A stretch of DNA of 64,000 bases. Source: Candidatus Heimdallarchaeota archaeon (GTDB lineage: Archaea > Asgardarchaeota > Heimdallarchaeia > Heimdallarchaeales > Heimdallarchaeaceae). The notes beneath the pieces were generated by a model. It searched no databases. It saw nothing but the letters and a program-made list of their open reading frames with translations, and was not told the origin of the DNA. The position numbers and the translations under genes were made by a program. Shown one piece after another: positions 1 through 9,173 of the stretch; positions within the stretch are counted from its first letter, which is position 1, and each line of letters begins with the position of its first letter. Location: NCBI GenBank assembly GCA_030603365.1, contig JAUVXV010000002.1, positions 64,001 through 128,000 on the forward strand, given 5' to 3'.

Positions 1-23
1 ACGTTCTCTCAAGGGTATATGGT

Positions 24-1349
24 ATGATTGCAATTACTTTCTTTGGTTTTGCATTTATTTCCATCAATAAACTGTTCAAAGAATTCAAAGAACACAAACT
101 ATATCCAGCTGAAGAAAAGAGAGATAATATCGGTTTACCTATAATCATGGGATTCATCTTATTGGTAATTCTGGGTGATACAATACTAAGGAATTTTGTC
201 CCGGAGATTATACTGAATTATGTAATCTTAGCAGCAATATTTGTATTAGTAGCAACTCTATGTTATTTCATGTTTATACTTGGAAATGATTGGCTCAAAA
301 TAGATGATGATTTAAACAATCAGTATTTCAAGATGGGTGGAAAGACTTTCAATGATAGACTCAAAGCTAATATTCTTTACATTTCAACAATTTTCATTAT
401 TACAACCCTTCTATCTTTGATCTATGTAGTATATTATTTCATCATCTACCTCACTGGAGCATATTCCTATGAAATTGTAGAATTGGTCTTTTCAGTAGGA
501 ATTTTTGTAGGTGTGATGATCATATTCTTAGTAATCTACATTATACGCATATCATTAAACTTCAACAAAATGGCTCAACTTAACACAAAAACATCTAACT
601 ATGGAATATTCACAGCTATTTCTTTGTCTTTCAGTCCATTTTTACTTATTGCAGGACTTTTCTCAAATGTAGAATTCTATATCGGTGATGAACTTTACTT
701 AATCTCAAGGATATTATTACTTCTAGGAGTAGTATTATTTGCTTTAGGTTCATATTTCAGTAATATAATTTTGAAAAATCTTAAATTGAATAAAGAAGGC
801 TTTGAACAGAGAAAGAAAGATCTAATTCTACCTATTTCAAGTTTAATTCTTTTTGTTCTTCTCTTAGTTGATACTATTGTTAGACTTGTTGTATGGAACT
901 TTGTATACAAAGCTAATTCTATTGGTATGGAGGTTTACAATCGTGAGTTTCTTTGGTTTGGATATTTGATGGGGGCACTTTTCTTCTTGGCCATCATTCC
1001 AACAATTTATGGAATCATAACAACAAGCAGAGAGTTTCTCAGAGTAATTCCAGCCTATGGAAAAATCCCTTTGAGATTAAGAAAATCTAAGATGCAAGAG
1101 CAACTTCAATTATATCAAGTAGAGCCAGAACAAATTGCTGCAAAAGCTGAAATAGCTGCCAAACCTATAGCCGAAAAACCTGAAGCAATCCATTTCTGCA
1201 GTAGCTGTGGAAAAGAACTCCAAGATAGGTACAACTTCTGTGCATATTGTGGAGATAAAAAAGACACTATATTGAAAACCTGTAAGAATTGTGGAGAAGT
1301 GTTGGAGAAAGGCTTTGGTTTTTGTCCTATCTGTGGTACAAAGAAATAG
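24..1349 (+). CDS. Polytopic membrane protein with C-terminal double zinc ribbon; probably 5'-truncated by the window
   Basis: Multiple hydrophobic segments; C-terminal CSSC..CAYC..CKNC..CPIC; frame stays open back to the window start. Confidence 0.75.
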   Translation: MIAITFFGFAFISINKLFKEFKEHKLYPAEEKRDNIGLPIIMGFILLVILGDTILRNFVPEIILNYVILAAIFVLVATLCYFMFILGNDWLKIDDDLNNQYFKMGGKTFNDRLKANILYISTIFIITTLLSLIYVVYYFIIYLTGAYSYEIVELVFSVGIFVGVMIIFLVIYIIRISLNFNKMAQLNTKTSNYGIFTAISLSFSPFLLIAGLFSNVEFYIGDELYLISRILLLLGVVLFALGSYFSNIILKNLKLNKEGFEQRKKDLILPISSLILFVLLLVDTIVRLVVWNFVYKANSIGMEVYNREFLWFGYLMGALFFLAIIPTIYGIITTSREFLRVIPAYGKIPLRLRKSKMQEQLQLYQVEPEQIAAKAEIAAKPIAEKPEAIHFCSSCGKELQDRYNFCAYCGDKKDTILKTCKNCGEVLEKGFGFCPICGTKK

Positions 1350-1358
1350 TTTTTCCAC

Positions 1359-1988
1359 TTATCTTTTTCTTTTTCTTCTTATTTTAATAACAACTATCTG
1401 AGAAATAATTAGACTAACAATTACTCCAAAGATAGAATATGATGTTTCAAATGGAGGTGTTAATGTAGAATAGAAATTATACACATAGAAGGTTTTAGTG
1501 ACAGGTCCCTCAATTTCAGGATACTGTTTGGAGTAGTACTCTCCTACTGTTATTGAATACTCTCCATCAGGAAGAACTTCACGTGTAGGATCATAAACAT
1601 CAACACCAACAAAGTCAGTCATATGTGTAATTCCTGGTACGAAAGTTGCTTCCATAAGTACCATGATATAGAAGAAAGTTGATTGAACAATAACCAATGA
1701 TTCATTAATTGGTTCAGATTCAATTGAAGATCTCCACTTATCACCATCCCAAAAAGTGATAGTTATATTTTCCGAGGAAGTATTATTTACTATTATATCA
1801 ATATTGAAGATAAATTGTACAAAGGAGCTTGTATTATCGTCCTTATACCAATTTACTGAAGCAATTTCCAACTTAAGAGCTCCATCCAATGTAGTTTTCT
1901 CTGTGGGTTGAGAAGCTATAGTAGGAGGACAACTACATAATAACAACAAAGAAAGAAGAGCGACTGTATTTCTAAGTTTGTTTTGCAT
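1359..1988 (-). CDS. Secreted/surface protein with C-terminal TM anchor
   Basis: N-terminal signal-like segment, beta-rich body, hydrophobic C-terminus followed by RRKRKR. Confidence 0.65.
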   Translation of the reverse strand: MQNKLRNTVALLSLLLLCSCPPTIASQPTEKTTLDGALKLEIASVNWYKDDNTSSFVQFIFNIDIIVNNTSSENITITFWDGDKWRSSIESEPINESLVIVQSTFFYIMVLMEATFVPGITHMTDFVGVDVYDPTREVLPDGEYSITVGEYYSKQYPEIEGPVTKTFYVYNFYSTLTPPFETSYSIFGVIVSLIISQIVVIKIRRKRKR

Positions 1989-2101
1989 TTATTCCAATGT
2001 AAACTATGTGATTTGTTTATAAAAGTGTTTTTTCAATTGTTTTTGCATTAAAATGTAAAAGAAAATTCTTCAAAAACAAGAAGGTGTTCTTATTATATTG
2101 A

Positions 2102-2133
2102 GCCACTAACAAGAAGGTAACCTTAATGCAAGG
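2102..2133 (+). repeat. 32-bp direct repeat, copy 1
   Basis: gccactaacaagaaggtaaccttaatgcaagg; 31/32 identical to 4722-4753. Confidence 0.9.
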
Positions 2134-2332
2134 ACAAAGGATATATCAAATCAAACGCAAAAATTTTTTTATAAAAATCTCAATAAAAGGTTAACCCTTT
2201 TTAACTGACAATAACATGGAAAGGGTGTATAACCGAGGTATTACTGATTGGCTTCCTTTCGAAGTATCAAAGACATCAATGAAAAGAGCAGTGGATAATG
2301 AAAACCTCGAAACGATGTTTGAAGGAATGAGT

Positions 2333-3409
2333 CTATAGATTATTCACATATTTTTTCATTACATAGGGGGATGTCATAGCTGAGAGTAACGCACCGTAAT
2401 TGAGGTTGAACTCCACTTCTTTTCCCACAGTTAAATCAATCTCCTTTGCATCAACTATGATATGGTCACTGCTCGTCCCAAGAATGTTAATCGCCGATCT
2501 GGGAGTTAGTCCGGAAACTAGAACATCCTGTAATCCAACTCCAAGTATAGCTCTTCTTATTTGTCCATAATCTTGAAATTTGGGAATATTTCCAAATGCG
2601 TCTTGACAAACCTCTCCATAAGGTACAGATGGCTTTATTTTCGATTCAATGGCCTCTGCAACCAGTGTAAATGCATCTGTGAATAACCCTGAGATGGGTT
2701 TTCTATAGAGGGTTTCACGCCCCAAATAGATCGATTCACCTAGTCTTAAGTTATTAATCCTTCCAACATCCTCTGTGGACATGAACCAGTTATAATTGGC
2801 TGAGTTCCCACCTGAAACAAACTCCAATGTCAGGCTGAACCCCTCTTCAACTTCTCTAGCGAGTGAGGACAAATATCTCATTTTCTCCTCGTCCGGTTTA
2901 ATTCCTCCAAAGCAGGCTAGATTTGTTCCTATGCCTGAAAGCTCAATCCCTTCCAGCTCTACTACCTCTCTTACGATATCCTCTAAATCCGAAGGCATTA
3001 ACCCCTCTCTTAGATCACCCAACTCTACCATTAAAATGATTTTATGTGTGTTATTGTTTTTCACAGCAAACCTTGAGAGGCTTTTGACTACTGATAACTC
3101 CGAATTAAGACTAATGTCAGCATACTTTACTACTGATTCAGCTTGGCTTGGGATGGGTGTTCTTAATAGGAAAAACTGTGCCTGTATACCTGCCTTACGC
3201 ATCCTCCTGATATTGGCTATCCTTGAATCGGCAAGAGTATTTATTCCATTTTTTATCAAAACATCAGCAATCTTGGGGTCTCCACAAACCACCTTTGTGA
3301 CGCCAATTACGGCGATGTTTTTTGAACTGTATAGTTCCTTCAACTTTTTGGCATTATGTGCAATTTTTGCAAGGTCTATCTCTATCCTGGGTGTTATCAT
3401 ACCCATCAC
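2333..3409 (-). CDS. PLP-dependent alanine/ornithine racemase family protein (Orr/YhfX-like)
   Basis: GVTKVVCG (PLP lysine), ADSR, MVELGDLREG, GTNLACFGG, SGGNS, LRLGE, SSDH. Confidence 0.9.
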   Translation of the reverse strand: MMGMITPRIEIDLAKIAHNAKKLKELYSSKNIAVIGVTKVVCGDPKIADVLIKNGINTLADSRIANIRRMRKAGIQAQFFLLRTPIPSQAESVVKYADISLNSELSVVKSLSRFAVKNNNTHKIILMVELGDLREGLMPSDLEDIVREVVELEGIELSGIGTNLACFGGIKPDEEKMRYLSSLAREVEEGFSLTLEFVSGGNSANYNWFMSTEDVGRINNLRLGESIYLGRETLYRKPISGLFTDAFTLVAEAIESKIKPSVPYGEVCQDAFGNIPKFQDYGQIRRAILGVGLQDVLVSGLTPRSAINILGTSSDHIIVDAKEIDLTVGKEVEFNLNYGALLSAMTSPYVMKKYVNNL

Positions 3410-3410
3410 T

Positions 3411-4418
3411 CTATCTTAGATCATACCTCTTTATAGCAGCCAGGACTATTTCATCAAGTAATTCTTTACTATTTTTTCCTTCTGTAACAGTCATAGATCC
3501 TATATAGCTATGAGGTTTTTCTACTGGCGTGCACATCAGACCTGCAAAAGTATTTCCTTCAAGCAGTAAGGGTCCGTCCTCTGTTAATATAATATCTATC
3601 CTTCCATAATCCATAAAACCTAATACTTTGTAAGCTTTAATTGCTAGCAATTGCATCTCTAATGTTTCTTCTTTTGTTAGTTTTGCAGGGCAGAAAAAAC
3701 GATCATTATCCATTTCTTTCTGCTCATATGTCAATGTGACTTCTCCTTCACCAAAAACTATCTCCAAAGGTGGGAGTGCCCTTATATCTTCATCATTACC
3801 TAAAATACCGAATGTTATTTCCCTTCCTTTCAAGAATCTCTCAATCAAGACTGGCTGTCCTATTGTCTCATATCTTTCTAGGACACCTTTTACTAGCTGA
3901 TCATAGTTTTCAACAACAGAGTCCTCATTTATTCCAGCACTACCTCTTCCTGCTACAGGTTTTATAAAAAGTGGATAATCAAAAGGTGGATTTCCCTTAA
4001 AGATCTGACAATCTGCTTCTGTTCTTGCTACACGGAAAGGTGATGTTGGCAAACCCGCATGCTGCCATATCTTTTTTGTAAGTGATTTGTCTGTTGCAAT
4101 TGCTATTGTGAAAGTATCAGAGCCAACATAAGGTATCTCAATCTCTTCTAATATTGCAGCTTCCACCATACTGGAAACGTTAAATACAAGGTCAACGTTT
4201 GCTTTTCTTAAATCATTAATAAAATCCGGACCCCAATCTATTGTACAAACGTCATATCCCGAATCAATCAAAGCTTGTCGGTGATGTGCGACCTCTTTGA
4301 ATGTTTCGTCAACAACCTTATTAGAAACTGAAAATTTTTCCTGTAATTCAAAATTACCCCTTTTTTTGTTCAGTAATCCTATGTTAAAACGTCTTATTTT
4401 TGTTGAATCCCCGCTCAA
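3411..4418 (-). CDS. D-alanine-D-alanine ligase-like ATP-grasp enzyme
   Basis: IPYVGS, DKSLTK, FIKP..GRGSAGI, IERFLKGREIT, GRIDI, LEGNT; stop is 1 nt from the racemase start. Confidence 0.85.
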   Translation of the reverse strand: MSGDSTKIRRFNIGLLNKKRGNFELQEKFSVSNKVVDETFKEVAHHRQALIDSGYDVCTIDWGPDFINDLRKANVDLVFNVSSMVEAAILEEIEIPYVGSDTFTIAIATDKSLTKKIWQHAGLPTSPFRVARTEADCQIFKGNPPFDYPLFIKPVAGRGSAGINEDSVVENYDQLVKGVLERYETIGQPVLIERFLKGREITFGILGNDEDIRALPPLEIVFGEGEVTLTYEQKEMDNDRFFCPAKLTKEETLEMQLLAIKAYKVLGFMDYGRIDIILTEDGPLLLEGNTFAGLMCTPVEKPHSYIGSMTVTEGKNSKELLDEIVLAAIKRYDLR

Positions 4419-4563
4419 TATGGGTCATCCTCTCTTTTGGAGATAGTGTTATTCATTATCATAAATATCATCGAAACAGAATATAAACAGCTTAACAAAC
4501 ATTTCTTCAAAAACATTTTATTAAACTAATAGTAAATATAAGTGTCTCAATAAAAAATTATGC

Positions 4564-4690
4564 ATGTCAGATATAAGATTAAACATTATGACGAATCATA
4601 TATTGAAAAACAAGTAGAAATTGGCAATTATTTTGCTCAAAAAGGATCACTTATTGTCAATCCTCTGTTGAACAAGTAAAACAAGCGTAA
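4564..4690 (+). pseudogene. Possible frameshifted 5' gene remnant
   Basis: With two 1-nt corrections it reads MSEYKIKHYDESYIEKQVEIGNYFAQKWITYCQSSVEQVKQA; TATA-like element about 30 nt upstream. Confidence 0.3.
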
Positions 4691-4721
4691 AACACGGGTA
4701 GAACTTAGCTAACAACAAATT

Positions 4722-4753
4722 GCCACTAACAAGAAGATAACCTTAATGCAAGG
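4722..4753 (+). repeat. 32-bp direct repeat, copy 2
   Basis: gccactaacaagaagataaccttaatgcaagg. Confidence 0.9.
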
Positions 4754-4872
4754 TGTCGAATATTTGACATTGATTCGGGATGTTTAGTACACATTATAGG
4801 TTTTTAAAAAAAGCTTGGGTGAAGGGAGAGATCTGAGCTCTTGCCTTCATTCTTTGTTATTCTTACATTAGT

Positions 4873-5823
4873 TCAGTTATTTCTTTTCTTCTTTGAGATT
4901 ATCCTTGGGAAGAATAAGATAACTAAGGGAAGAAATAGAGTCAGTAGAATTATATGAGAGTATTCAGCTACAACAGGTTCTCCAAGAGGATAAGGATCAA
5001 CAGTACCAGCAGAACCATCTATAAGATAAGGTCCTCCTGACCAGTCAGACCATTCATTACCTTCGTTTGTTTCAACATCATACCAAGTGTTATTTTCTCC
5101 ATTGTCTAGTGCTTGGGAATTACAGTGTGGAAGTTGTCCAGTGTCTGTGATAGTATTATGATGAATGATTGTATGCTTAACTTCTAAATTTTTTAGACTA
5201 ACGCCATAATTTGAATGACCTACTATAGAGTTATACGTAATATTATTAAATTCAGCAGTATTGTATGCTGTTACAAATTTACAGGTATTATTGGTAACTA
5301 AAGAATGGTTAGAACCTGCTAGGTGAACTCCATAATTCACTATATGATTATTTGAAATAACAGCGTTAGTGCTACTTGAAATTGTAATTTGCTCAATACA
5401 GGTATTATTTGTAATAAGTGCAGTTCCTGAAGCAACTTTATTAATATAAATAGTTATATCATCAGCTGTATCAATGAAACAATCGCGAATGATAAAAAAC
5501 TTAGATGTATTATAGATATAAATTCCTTCAGAATCAGTTGCGATTATCTCATAGTTTTCAATTATATATGGATCAGTTTTTATTCCTGTACCTGGAAAAC
5601 TATAAGTTATGAAGTCATCATCAGAATCAATATCTATTGGTGCATGAGGTGTATAATCAAAAGAATAAAGAATTTCTAGTTTATCCTCAAATAGCATGTT
5701 TGTTTTGTTGACATTGCAGGGTACTGTAACAGTCTCAATCTCCAAACACAATGAAAAAAGAATAAGCAAAACTACAACTATTCCCACTAATATTTTATTT
5801 GATAAAACTATTCTCTTTTTCAT
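4873..5823 (-). CDS. NosD/pectin-lyase-like parallel beta-helix surface protein
   Basis: Signal peptide, PHAPIDI..DDDF..GTG...DPYIIE cap, NNT repeats, GNEWSDW...DPYPL, C-terminal TM and basic tail. Confidence 0.85.
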   Translation of the reverse strand: MKKRIVLSNKILVGIVVVLLILFSLCLEIETVTVPCNVNKTNMLFEDKLEILYSFDYTPHAPIDIDSDDDFITYSFPGTGIKTDPYIIENYEIIATDSEGIYIYNTSKFFIIRDCFIDTADDITIYINKVASGTALITNNTCIEQITISSSTNAVISNNHIVNYGVHLAGSNHSLVTNNTCKFVTAYNTAEFNNITYNSIVGHSNYGVSLKNLEVKHTIIHHNTITDTGQLPHCNSQALDNGENNTWYDVETNEGNEWSDWSGGPYLIDGSAGTVDPYPLGEPVVAEYSHIILLTLFLPLVILFFPRIISKKKRNN

Positions 5824-5892
5824 TTTCTTACCTTAATTACTATGAAATACATTTTGTTACCTAGTCACCTAAGACAAGGTTACAACAACTCA

Positions 5893-7248
5893 TCATTGTG
5901 TGATTCTGTTTCGAGTTCGTTTTCTGGTTATTTTCCTTGTGATTAACAAAGGAACAACTATCATTAGAAGCGTAAGAGTGAAGTTGAATATACTTTCATC
6001 TGTTGTAGGTTCACCATCAAGAGGATAGAGATCTTTTGATTCTGTAATACCATCAAGAGAATAAGAACCTGTCCCTGACCAATCTGACCACCAATTACCT
6101 TCATTTGTGTTTGAATCATACCAGATATTTCCTTCTCCATCATCATTTCCTTGGGAAGTTCCTTCTAGATTGTTGTCAACAAAAGTATTGTGATGAATGG
6201 TGTTGCTATCAGACGCAGATCCTATGTAGATTCCATGTCGATCATTTTCTTGCAAGAGATTGTAGGTAAGAAGACAAGAAGAAGAACTAGATAAATCGAT
6301 ACCAATATCATTGTTAGAACAAGTATTATTAGTAAGAGTAGAACCAGAAGATTCTTCCAGAAGGATACCTTCATTGTTGTTGTTGGAACAAGTATTATTG
6401 GTAAGAGTAGAACCAGAAGAAAACTGCAGAAACATACCATCACTGTAGTTGTTAGAACAAGTATTATTAGTAAGAGTAGAACCAGAAGACCACCATAGTA
6501 CGATACCAAAAGCAGATTCGGTATCATACTCGTTATTGTTACATGTGTTACTGGTAAGAGTAGAACCTGAAGAATACCACAACCAGATGCCATCATTATT
6601 GTTGTTACAAGTGTTATCTGTTAGAGTTGCACCAGAAGATTCATACAGATCGATACCATTTTCTAAGTTATTGTTACAAATGTTATCAGCAAGAGTAGAA
6701 TTAGGTGAATATTGTAGACCGATACCATAATCATTGTTGGAGCAAGTGTTACTGGTAAGAGTAGCATTGGAAGATTCCTCTAGGAGGATTCCCCAATTAT
6801 TGCCGAAACTACAATTGTTATCTATTATTGAAACGGTTCCATTAGCAACTTTGTAAATGATAATTCCATTGAAAACTGCAGATATATAGCAGTTGCGAAT
6901 AACAAAGTATTTTGTTGTATCTGTGATGAAGATTCCTGTACCATCAGTAGTTGTAATGTTGTATCCTTCAATGATAAAAGGATCAGTTTCCGTGCCTGAA
7001 CCCAGAAAACCATAATCAGTAAAATTATCATCAGAGATTATTTCTATTGCTGCATGAGGTGTTAAGGCTAGAATAGAAGGATTTTTGGTTCGGTAGTCAT
7101 TGATTGATGATTTAATAATTGTTGTATTCCAACTTAAGGAGAAAAGAATTAGTGTAGAAATGATTATCCCTACAATCGTTCTTTTTGAGATTAAAGCTAT
7201 TTTTTTCATTTTCTTTACCTCAATTACTGTAATATTTAGTATACCCAT
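5893..7248 (-). CDS. NosD/parallel beta-helix surface protein (start likely at MKKIALIS)
   Basis: Repeated GI.L..SSGSTLTNNTCSNN rungs; same cap and anchor modules as its neighbour. Confidence 0.9.
   Translation of the reverse strand: MGILNITVIEVKKMKKIALISKRTIVGIIISTLILFSLSWNTTIIKSSINDYRTKNPSILALTPHAAIEIISDDNFTDYGFLGSGTETDPFIIEGYNITTTDGTGIFITDTTKYFVIRNCYISAVFNGIIIYKVANGTVSIIDNNCSFGNNWGILLEESSNATLTSNTCSNNDYGIGLQYSPNSTLADNICNNNLENGIDLYESSGATLTDNTCNNNNDGIWLWYSSGSTLTSNTCNNNEYDTESAFGIVLWWSSGSTLTNNTCSNNYSDGMFLQFSSGSTLTNNTCSNNNNEGILLEESSGSTLTNNTCSNNDIGIDLSSSSSCLLTYNLLQENDRHGIYIGSASDSNTIHHNTFVDNNLEGTSQGNDDGEGNIWYDSNTNEGNWWSDWSGTGSYSLDGITESKDLYPLDGEPTTDESIFNFTLTLLMIVVPLLITRKITRKRTRNRITQ
6300..6800 (-). 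repeat. Intragenic tandem repeats of about 22-28 codons encoding beta-helix rungs
   Basis: Near-identical units such as gttagaacaagtattattagtaagagtagaaccagaaga recur several times. Confidence 0.8.
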
Positions 7249-7329
7249 TTATTTGTAATAAACTTTGTTTAATATTGAAAGAATAGTTTAGCAATTTCAT
7301 TATGAATCTAGAACTGAAGAGAATATTGA

Positions 7330-8022
7330 CTAATTAACTGTAGGACCAATATCCGCTATATTCAGATCTTTTGGAAAGATCATCTTTGTAGGTACAGAGA
7401 AAATTCTCACACTTATAGTCTCCATGATTTCTTCAAAACTCACTTCCTCGTCTCCATATATCCTCTGTTCTTCATCCATTAAGATGAGTATTTCATCTAT
7501 TAATGGTCTAACTTTCTCCTCATATACTTTTTTTCTAAATGCAACACCATGCGTTACATTATCAGGTTGTTTGGTTCCTTTATAATTATGTTCGGTAAAA
7601 GTTTCATTAATATCCTCCAGATTATTACTATATCTGTATAATACTGATGCAGCACTTTTTCCAGTAAGCTGTGAGATGTTCTTATAGAAAGCAAGTGCTC
7701 TTTCAGGATCCTTCTTTCTTAATTTGTTGAAAACATCTAACTGGTTCTGATATACTTTCAGAAATTCTTTTGTAAGTTGATAATATCTTTCTTTCCAAAC
7801 CACTCGTGTTTCTTCTATAATTCCATTTTTTTGGAGTATTTGCAAATGATGGATAATCGTAGAATTTACTTTGCCTGTTAATCTTATCAAATCCTTTGCT
7901 TTCAATTCTTTAAAGAAATAGAAGTGCGCCACAATCTGATTTCTTGTATCTTCTAATATTGCCTCAAACATATCAATTGATTTCTCAAAATCACCATTTT
8001 TTTCTGAAGACACTTTTATCAT
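7330..8022 (-). CDS. ArsR-like winged-helix transcription regulator
   Basis: TRNQIV...KAKDLIRLTGKVNSTIIHHLQILQKNGII...RYYQLT wHTH pattern. Confidence 0.8.
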   Translation of the reverse strand: MIKVSSEKNGDFEKSIDMFEAILEDTRNQIVAHFYFFKELKAKDLIRLTGKVNSTIIHHLQILQKNGIIEETRVVWKERYYQLTKEFLKVYQNQLDVFNKLRKKDPERALAFYKNISQLTGKSAASVLYRYSNNLEDINETFTEHNYKGTKQPDNVTHGVAFRKKVYEEKVRPLIDEILILMDEEQRIYGDEEVSFEEIMETISVRIFSVPTKMIFPKDLNIADIGPTVN

Positions 8023-8083
8023 GTCGATGTATCGACATACTTTATATATGTTTATCCATATGAATCATGTCGAACAATCGACA
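8022..8083. promoter_or_regulatory. Two palindromic operators TGTCGA-N4-TCGACA (8022-8037, 8068-8083) flanking a TATA-like element in a divergent promoter
   Basis: Both palindromes have perfect arms; tttatata at 8041-8048 lies between them. Confidence 0.75.
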
Positions 8084-8115
8084 CAAGAGGAAACATACCA
8101 CAAGAGGACGAGAAA

Positions 8116-8376
8116 ATGGCAAGTAAAGCAAATGAAATTAACCTCTACGAAGAGAAGGATACTAGTTGGTTTGATACCAAGGATCTGGAAAAATATAGAG
8201 GAAAACCAAAATGGTTGAAAAAATATAAATCCATACTCTATGGTATTCTTTCTTGTGGATTTCTTATTTTAGCTTCATTCAAAATCTGGCAAGGAATGAG
8301 TTTCATAATGTTTCTAGGTTTTTTTGTAGCAACAATCCTTACTATTGTGATTGATTCGAGAACTTTTTTTAGATAG
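8116..8376 (+). CDS. Small 2-TM membrane protein
   Basis: 86 aa, two hydrophobic helices, upstream gagga SD-like motif, divergent from the wHTH gene. Confidence 0.6.
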   Translation: MASKANEINLYEEKDTSWFDTKDLEKYRGKPKWLKKYKSILYGILSCGFLILASFKIWQGMSFIMFLGFFVATILTIVIDSRTFFR

Positions 8377-8640
8377 GTGTTGCTATAAAAACTCCAGTAA
8401 TATTTGGGTTCAAAGTGTTCTCTAAAGTGATTCCTTGTTTACTTAATATGACGGGATGACAATTACTTATGATAAAACTATTTCAAAAAGGTTAATCTTA
8501 CAAAATCTATGACTTGACTCTGATTCTAGAATCAATAAAATTAAGTTAAAAAAATTTAATGTATTTAAAAAAATAATAAAAGAAGTGGTTGATTCTTTTT
8601 CTCATTTGAGAAGTTAAAGTCTCTTTACTTCATTTTAAGA

Positions 8641-8796
8641 TTAATATCTTGGCTTTTTTTGTGATTGATAGCATTCTCTGCAGTAAACTGGCCTATCGCC
8701 ATCTGGTTTGAATGGAACTTGAGTTTCTTGTTTACACTTTGCGCAAACTGCATCGTGCATTTCTCTAGGTCTATCATCGTATCTTCTATAACTCAT
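8641..8796 (-). CDS. CxxC-x17-CxxC small zinc-ribbon protein (51 aa, not in the ORF track)
   Basis: Manual translation MSYRRYDDRPREMHDAVCAKCKQETQVPFKPDGDRPVYCRECYQSQKKPRY. Confidence 0.9.
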   Translation of the reverse strand: MSYRRYDDRPREMHDAVCAKCKQETQVPFKPDGDRPVYCRECYQSQKKPRY

Positions 8797-9173
8797 TTTA
8801 ATTCACTTTTGTTTTTATATAATAATATTCACTCACTAAGAAGAACTCTTCATCCGTTATACCAGATATTACTGTTTCTCTTTTAGATATTCAATCACTA
8901 TACGAATGTAAATAAATTTTTTGAGTTTATAAAACAATAGATTGGACACAATTGTTTCTGTTTTCTTTCTGTTTTCAAAACAACAACTAAATTATAATTA
9001 AGAGCGCCCCTAAAAATATTTAAGTATTGAGAAAATACAAAAATCCATTCTTTGCTATTTTTCTAAAGTTTCATCACATCATAGAAATTATTCTCAATTA
9101 ACATTAAATTCATTATTTTTCCAATATATTCTTAAACTGGAAATTGGAATTATTATAAGATAGAGTGGTTTAA

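Noticed and set aside
2216-2338. 40-codon plus-strand ORF (MERVYNRG...)
   Set aside because: Too short, with no motif support
2796-3419. 207-aa plus-strand ORF and the other short ORFs nested in or antisense to long genes
   Set aside because: They overlap well-supported genes and show no motifs
6300-6800. Periodic repeats as a possible CRISPR array
   Set aside because: In-frame coding repeats of a beta-helix; no unique-spacer structure and no cas genes
8665-8886. 73-aa plus-strand ORF
   Set aside because: Antisense shadow of the CxxC-x17-CxxC gene
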